This document shows, piece by piece, positions 56,335 through 64,000 of a stretch of 64,000 nucleotides of DNA. Location: positions 70,308,001 through 70,372,000 of the forward strand of contig NC_043001.1 of NCBI RefSeq assembly GCF_006345805.1, read 5' to 3'. This DNA is from Octopus sinensis. Taxonomy: Eukaryota. How positions within the stretch are numbered: the first letter of the stretch is position 1; each line of letters opens with the position of its first letter. A model generated the notes under the pieces. The model had not been told where the DNA came from. It was given only the letters and a program-made list of their open reading frames with translations, and made no database searches. The position numbers were made by a program, and so were the translations under genes.

Positions 56335-59300
56335 TGTTTCTTTATTAGCCACACAGGGCTGCACACAGATAGAACAAATTACAAGGTAGAGCATTTCTTT
56401 TGAAGGTTTAAAAAAAATAAAAATAAAAAAATAAAAAATAAGAAAAAAATAAAATAAAAATAAAAAAATAAAAAAAGGGGGGGTCGATCAAAAGGGATCG
56501 TAAAAGGAGAGAAAGAGGACAAAAAAAAAGGGGGGGTTAAAAAAAAAGGGGGAGAAGAAAAAAATTGATCAATAGGGATCGTTATCACAGAAATGTCAAT
56601 ATGAAGTGTAAAGGGGGACAGGTGAGGTTTACCCGTGAAAGAAAAGCCTACGGAAAAGACCACGGTAACCTCGGTCAATGAAGTCACATGTTATATTTCT
56701 TTTTTTTTTTTTTTTTGCAAATAAGCAACTCTCTGTATTAATTTTTACGGTTCATAGAATCATAGTCAAGGTGGCTTCGTCATTCATACGTGCCATCCTT
56801 GCTACATTCACCCATCTTTTTTTAAAACATTCACTAGACAAAACTTGCCTCTCTACTCTCACTTTTTTCTTCAAGTGATACTTGAAGAAGTTGATGAGAG
56901 ATTGACCAGAGAGGAAAGTGTTTGTCTCTAATCCTTTCAGACGCGTCCACCAGATACATTCTTTCGCCATAGCCACAAGTATGATAAAAATAGCTCTTCC
57001 TTCCCGTTTGAAGGAAGGAGGCGTGACGATATTAACGATAGACTCGGCTGATAAACCGACACGTCCCACACGTGACAGCAGTCGTTCGACATAAGCCCAC
57101 AGGTGGGAAATTGCTGGACACTGCACGATTGCGTGCAGAGCGGTTTCGTCGCTCTGCCCGCATCTCGGGCAGGTCGGCCCCGTGTTTCTCGAGCCATGCC
57201 TATAGAGCTTATCCCGAACGGGTAGCGCTTCTCGGTAGCACCGCCAGGCCAGGGATCTCTGGAAGTTGTCCATAGGTCCCGGGCCGCGAAAGTCGTTTGA
57301 AACAGGCGGGTCAGGTATTCCTCGTCGACGCCCAGGTTTGCCCCGAGCTCGTCGTCGTACCTCCCCTCCACTAATCCCTATAATGCTTTGGTGGTGTTGA
57401 AGTCACTCAAGGTCGACCCGGGACGGCAGAGTTGCTTCAGAGCAACGCGACACTCGCGGTGCCATTCGCCCTTCTTCGGCCTCTTTTTGGTCCACGACTG
57501 TAGTTCGGTCATGGAGACGAGTTGCGGGAATGCGTGCCTCACAAACGGCGACCACACCTGTTCACCGTCGTCTACATAGAGCCGGAGATGTCGCAGTCTC
57601 AGCGCGTGTCTGCGCATCATCAACCACGGCATGCCAGCCCTCCTTTTAACGGGTGTTGACAGCAAATGGATCGCCTGACCATCGGGACGCATCCTTTCCA
57701 CAAGAAGCGGAAGAGGATGCGTTCTAGTTTGGTGATGGTAGGGTCGGGACAAGGTACGACGGTCAGGCGGTAGTAGATGATGGACGCGATGTACGCGTTC
57801 ACCACCTCCGCCCGACCTTTTAGGGACAGTTTCCTCTCGGCCCATTGCTGGGCGAGAGTGACCACCCTACTCGTTCTTCTCGTTCCAGTTCTTCTCCATT
57901 TGGAGGTCCGGACCGAACCAGACCCCGAGCAACTCAACCGGGCCGTCTGTCCAGCGTCCCACGACGGAGGTACTGGTGGACGGCATGGGTTTGCTTCTCC
58001 AGGTGCCGAGCCGCAAGCCCACTGACTTTTCCCGGTTGATTTTTGCTCCTGTCACCGCTTCGTAGTCTTTCAGTGTCTCGCCGACCCGCTCGATGTGCTC
58101 GTGGCTTGACACTATGACGGTGACGTCGTCCGCGTATGCAGACACGCTCGTCCCGCATCCTAATTCTCGCGGGATGCCCCTCAGAGTCGCCAGCTTCCGC
58201 AGTAGTGGCTCAAGAGTCAATACGTATAGAATCGCCGAGAGGGGGCATCCCTGACGGACCGAACGTGCAATGTCGAAGGGTCTCGATAGATGTCCATTTA
58301 CGCGAATTACCGAACGGATGCCCCTGTACAAGGCAGCTATCCAGCCGCGGAAGACGGGACCGAAACCAGCCGCTCTCAGGACCGCCCCAAGTATCGATGG
58401 TCTACCCTATCAAAGGCTTTCGATTGATCCAAGTTGATCAGGGCCCCACCCATGCCAGGTTCGTTAACTACCCTGTCTATGATGTAGCGCATCAGATGGA
58501 GGTTGTCATGGATGCTCCGGCCCGGCACGGCGCACGTTTGTGCGTTGTCGACCAGTTTCTCCATGACAAGCGCCAACCTCTTGGCTAACACCTTTGTCAA
58601 AATTTTCAGGTCTGCATTGAGCAGAGTGATTGGCCTAAAGTTATCTATAATGTTTCCCTTGTTTGGATCTTTCTTCAGCAGAGTTACAGCTCCTCGACTC
58701 ACAAAACCGGGTATGCTCCCGTTTTGCTGCCAGTTGCAGTATACCGCTGCCAAGACGTCTCCAAACAAGTCTGGCATACAATAGTAAAATTCGTAGGGTA
58801 GACCATCCAAACCCGGTGATTTGTCCCTCGAGCATTCTGCCATCGCTTCCCGCACTTCCGCCGCCGTGATGGCACCTTCGCAGCACCCTGCCTTTCTGTC
58901 GAGAGTCGTGGCAGGCTATGTAGGTAGGCACTGAAGTCTACCCTACGTTCTTGCCCTCCACTCGTCCCGAACAGTCGGGCAAATGCTGCTGAAAGGCCTC
59001 ACACATTTTACTTGGCTCGAGCAATTCGCGCCCCTGTTCATCTACCAGTGACGCGAATGGTGGCTTTGTTGCCCTGTTGCGCCTCTGCCACCGGGCCTCT
59101 CTCGCGGCTCCAACACCTTCGTTCCTAGAGCACGCATCCTAGCTCTGACAGCACATCCTTCGTGTTTGGCGTTGAAGTGGTGGTCGAGGGCCAACCTCGC
59201 CGCCAAAACGTCGGATGCGATGCCGCTTCTAATTGCCTCTTCTAGCTTCTTAACTAGCTCACCCTCTACTCTATTTCTATCTAGGGCTAGTGCTTTGCTT

Positions 59301-60351
59301 GTAAAATCGCTTCTGCTTTTACTGCTCTCTTGAGGGCAAACCACCATTTGTTGTTGATGAGGCTCCCGTCAAAGCCCTCTTTACTAGTGTGCTAATCCGG
59401 TCTCTGAAAACTTGTCTGGACGGGAAATGATGATGCGTTCAGTTTCCAGTACCCAGGACCCTGTCTATGTGCCTTATCTAAGTCTAGCGTACACGTCACC
59501 AATTTGTGATCCGTGTAGCTGACTGTGTGGAATTGTGGACATCCTAAGTTATCCTTGTCTACTGTCCTACACAGTATCCTATCTAGATACGATCTCGACG
59601 ACCCACTGCGGTTGCTCCATGTCCACGTTGGTGCATTTGGGTGGTCGAGTCGGTACCTGTCAGACAGTTGGAATCGTCTGAGCAGGTCTCTGAGGCATTT
59701 GCATCCCCTTCTGTTTCTGTCTCTACCCACGTAGTCTACATGCGTGTCCAAGGTAGCATTCCAATCCCCCACTAAGAGTAAAGGACGAGACGTTCCCAAG
59801 AATACTTCTAGACGTCGAAAGAAATCCGCCCGACCTGTTAAGGGCGGTGCGTAGACTGATACGAGTCGAAAAGCGCACCCATTGCTGCCGTCACATCCAG
59901 AACGATCAGTCTACCTCCGGGTCTACGAATATCGTCTGACTTCGAGATCCAGGCTCTTGTGAAAAAGTACCGCGGTGCCACTACCGCCCATCCTCGGCAG
60001 ACAGGGAGCGAAATAAATGTTAAACTGTCCGCCAAACATGGACTTTAGGGCCCGTGGCTCGTGGAGTCTGGTCTCACTTATGGCTATGATTCCCAAATCA
60101 TGTGACTTGATGTCATTTAGGAGGTATCCTTGTTTCCAAGGAGACCCCAAGCCACGCGCATTCACACAACCAATCTTGACCATGATTCTATTGGGGTGTG
60201 TGCTTTAAAACACACAAATGAAAGTACAGAGAGTTACTTACTTGTGTCGAAAGTTTTGGCTTCCTCGTTCTTTGATGTGTCTTCGAGGAGGTTTCTATAT
60301 AGTTTTTGGGACAGATATTTCTGGAAACCCCCTACAGCATTTGGGAAGAGG
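56335..60351 (-). mobile_element. Tx1-clade (L1 group) LINE: ORF1 C-terminus, ORF2 and 3' UTR
   Basis: ORF1 end (..EDTSKNEEAKTFDTSK*), ORF2 ATG at 60183, 3' end gcagccctgtgtggctaataaaagaaaca followed by (TATC)n. Confidence 0.95.
56752..60183 (-). pseudogene. ORF2 (APE endonuclease, reverse transcriptase, C-terminal Zn-binding motif), broken by about 8 frameshifts
   Basis: NARGL, ISET, VGDWNA, TDHKLV (APE); KSPGLDG, RPITLLNADLKIL, DQSKAFDRV, VRQGCPLS, AYADDV (RT); [19 protein letters not shown]. Confidence 0.95.
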
Positions 60352-60461
<110 letters not shown>

Positions 60462-60999
60462 ATCAAGCAAAAAATGGAAAATATTTGATCAACAACAATT
60501 GACTACCATCGATTATTATTTTTTTATACAAAACTTTATCCCATCTCACAGTCTTTTCTGTCCCGCAGTGCTGCCAAAGAAACTCCTGAGAGTAATATTC
60601 GTCATATTCTATAGCACGTCCGACCTGGAACATGGAGCTTCATCAGAGTGAAGAGAAATACTTAAAAGGAAAGAAAAGAAAAGAAAAGAAAAAGAGTCTC
60701 GATAGGAGGAATGAAGGCTTAATATATTTCAATCATACCATTTTGCAGTGTAACGCTGGCCGATGAGAATATGACTAAACTAGAAAATTAATTGGTGGTT
60801 TAATCTTTCTTTAGGGGTAATCGTGTGTATAAATGATTAAAAGTAAAATAAGTACTTTTGTATAACGGGATATGCCAGCGGGTCTAGCAAAAGAGGGAGT
60901 GATAATGCCATAACGTTTAGAAGTAATCATAATAGTACTTAAGTTTTCGTATATAGTACTAATTATTATTTATTCAAATAGCATGCCCATAAACTAATT

Positions 61000-63200
61000 A
61001 CATATATTTACTTAGTGATATATTGTAAAGACCAACCACCTATACTCCGTAATGGATTGACCAAAGTTCAGCCATCAGTATAATTTAAAAACAAAGGGCA
61101 AGCTATTAAGAACGTTACAGGTGTAGATGTAAATAAGAAAGTAAATAAAAAGTAAATGTATGGAGAAGTATCATATGTTATAAGTAGTCCAAGGCCACAT
61201 ATGACATTGTAAATAAAACAACCTATCGTGTAAACAAGCACCATGCGAAGGAACGAACTACGGTTAAAGGGAGACTACAGTTAATGGAACGTAACGGCTT
61301 GGGAATTGACCTTCCATTATATAATTATACTAGTAAATCTATCTTCTGAAATAGCCACCACACTACCCAAGCGGCGATCTTACCAGACAAACATTAATTG
61401 TGTAAACATTCCTAATTACATTCAGCCTAGTGGACCTATGAGAAGGCATAAGTACAAATCCCCAGATTAATGAAATGATTACAATTAGTCACTTGCTAAT
61501 TAATATTATGGTTACTAATAAGCGTTCTACTGCAGTTTGTTAAATCATAATTAATATATATCATTATTTTGATTATTATTATATTGTTAATATTACTAAC
61601 CCTGTCGATATACCAACCCTTGCTTCGATGCATCTATATGGGGGCTATCATAAAATTACACTTCTATTCATACAAAAATAGCGCCTAATGCAATACAATG
61701 TACAAGCAAATACTATCTAAAGAGGAGTTCAGTTAATATTAAGTTGTTAAATTATGTTATACGGGGTGAGGATGTTCTTAAATGAGAAAATCTAATGAGG
61801 TCATCAATAAATAGAAGTAGGCCTATATGCTGACTGAAAGATAGGCCCCGAATGAAATTAAACTAGCTAACACTTGGGGTAGAAAGTAAAGTTAAAGTTA
61901 GTTGCAAATAAAGCCATTGCTGATATGGCAGGTATAGGCTATTTTAGGGAGTGGGTGAGTACTTGTGCCCTCCGTATTCTAAATTGGGTTCATAGTTGAA
62001 AGGACTGGTATTATTAAAAGGAATGAGTAAGTTATACTAAGGAGAGATGGACTAATATGTGGGATGTGGAATTTAAACTCGGTTATGCTGGTATGGGGAT
62101 ATTACACCAGGATTACATATAAGGGACCTAGATGTGTAAAACTATTAAAGTAGCTTTAATATGGAAGTTAATATATGCCATCATTTAATATCGAAATTTA
62201 CTATTTCCGTGGTAAAGTACTCTGGGTGCTATTTGTGGAGATAATGCAAAGGGTCTCTAACGCTATTTAGATTTAGAGACGGTAAAAAACGAATCTAATA
62301 TCTTTATCTTTAAGCTTCCAAATATATGTACTTAATCCGTTCGAGTTAATCTTATTTCTGTTTCTGAAACAATGTTGGTGTGCGGCTAGTCTTCGTTTCA
62401 TTTCATTTTGGATAGTTCCCATGCAAATCTTTTTACTAAGACAGTGCACTGGTAAATTACATCTTTTCTTTTATAAATATTTGCCAGGGTGCAATTATCT
62501 TTATTTCTACAGTCACATAGGTGGTGTTGTGGGGGAGAATAACTTGCTAGAGGGTTGGTGATACGCGTATTAAGATTGATAGGGTTAATATGGTTCTGAG
62601 AGATATCGTTACTAAATTTGGTGTGGTTATGGGGGTTATTATTTTTATTCTTGCTATTAGTGCTATTGTTGTTATAGAAAATTCTAGTTTTGTATTATTT
62701 AGGGAGTTATGCGTGAGACTATAACCTATCTTTATTACTCTACTATTAATACTTTTTGAATACCTGCTACTCTTATCGAAGTAGTTATTTATAATTTTAA
62801 ATATTCATTTAGCTAAGACAGTTTTTACTTGCATTGCATAAGGGAGTATAAGCCAATTAATGTCTTTCCTTCTTTCGGTTATCTTGTCGAACGACACAAT
62901 TTTATTGCTCTTGGAGTGATGCATGTATTGTATGTGTTTTTTAGTATTAATCTTACTGTCTAATCTTTACCCGTAAATGCCGCTATTACTGATGCTACGA
63001 CTCGGTTTCTACATATAATGGTTTGAGTTATTGATGTTGTCATCGACATTAGTGAATATATTGGCATTATTCATGCCTCGCTTAGTTCTCATCATTTTAT
63101 CATTATTGTTGTTCTACTTAGCGTTGCAATTTCCATTTGTGTCGTGTACTATATGTCTCTCTGCATAATTACTCAATTTAGTTACGTTTCTATCTTCTGT
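61000..63200 (-). mobile_element. Degenerate Penelope-clade element (RT-EN linker, GIY-YIG, 3' region)
   Basis: HLCDCRNKDNCTLANIYKRKDVIYQCTV at ~62440-62525, then ..RRLAAHQHCFRNRNKINSNGLSTYIWKLKDKDI in a shifted frame. Boundaries are uncertain. Confidence 0.6.
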
Positions 63201-63249
63201 AATATTGATATTAATACTATCAATATTGTCCCTATTCATTGAGTTCCCT

Positions 63250-63275
63250 ATATGGGATATATATGTATGTATATA

Positions 63276-63325
<50 letters not shown>

Positions 63326-63658
63326 ATATATAATATATTATATATATGTATATATGTATGTATATATATATAATATATATATATGTATGTATATATATAT
63401 ATATATATATAATATATATATATAATTTATATATAGATGGCATTATACATACATATGCCCTCTATATATAAATTAATATAAATTAATATGTTCAATAAGA
63501 AATAATTATTTTCGAAATTTTTTCTCTTATGAGGTTTTTACGCTATCTACCTGACAATTTCTTAAGTTTTCCTTATTAAGTAGTTGTCCTTAATTGCTAT
63601 ATATATATATATATATATATATATAACTATATACATATATGTATATATATATATATAA

Positions 63659-63711
<53 letters not shown>

Positions 63712-63818
63712 GATAAAGTTATGGTAAATAAATGTAAACATTTTCATTTTCTCGAGCATCAAACTAATACACTTGCTTGTTCATATACTTGTCTTCCCCC
63801 TTTCCTTTAAATTCCACC

Positions 63819-63912
<94 letters not shown>

Positions 63913-63922
63913 CATATATATA

Positions 63923-63984
<62 letters not shown>

Positions 63985-64000
63985 CACATATATATATATA
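63250..64000. repeat. (TA)n/(TATG)n-rich low-complexity region
   Basis: Direct reading. Confidence 0.9.

Overview
Repeat-saturated, AT-rich eukaryotic DNA with no recognisable host protein-coding gene. The tRNA-derived SINE families suggest an octopus or other coleoid cephalopod (inference). Most listed ORFs are translations of microsatellites. Identifiable content: (i) a Tx1/L1-clade LINE (APE + RT + Zn motif, ~56335-60351, minus) and a second 5'-truncated copy (~55324-56126), with every end lying in (GATA)n/(TATC)n arrays; (ii) an ORF1-only 'half-Tx1' element inside a Tc1 DD34E transposon, plus a related fragment, both sharing a 3' tail with the Tx1 LINE and with a chimeric SINE; (iii) a stack of R4/Dong RLE-type LINE fragments in TAA-rich microsatellites, with a recent 360-bp inverted duplication; (iv) a CR1-type RT; (v) several Penelope-like elements (GIY-YIG fragments and a Naiad-like RT); (vi) mariner, maT and possibly Academ remnants; (vii) many SINEs. 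The most striking unannotated layer is a set of minimal type-I hammerhead ribozymes from at least five sequence families. One has a fully canonical core (44829-44911). Several sit in inverted or direct pseudo-LTR repeats whose breakpoints fall at the ribozyme core or cleavage site. All alignments, identities and folds were judged by eye, and coordinates of degenerate elements are approximate.
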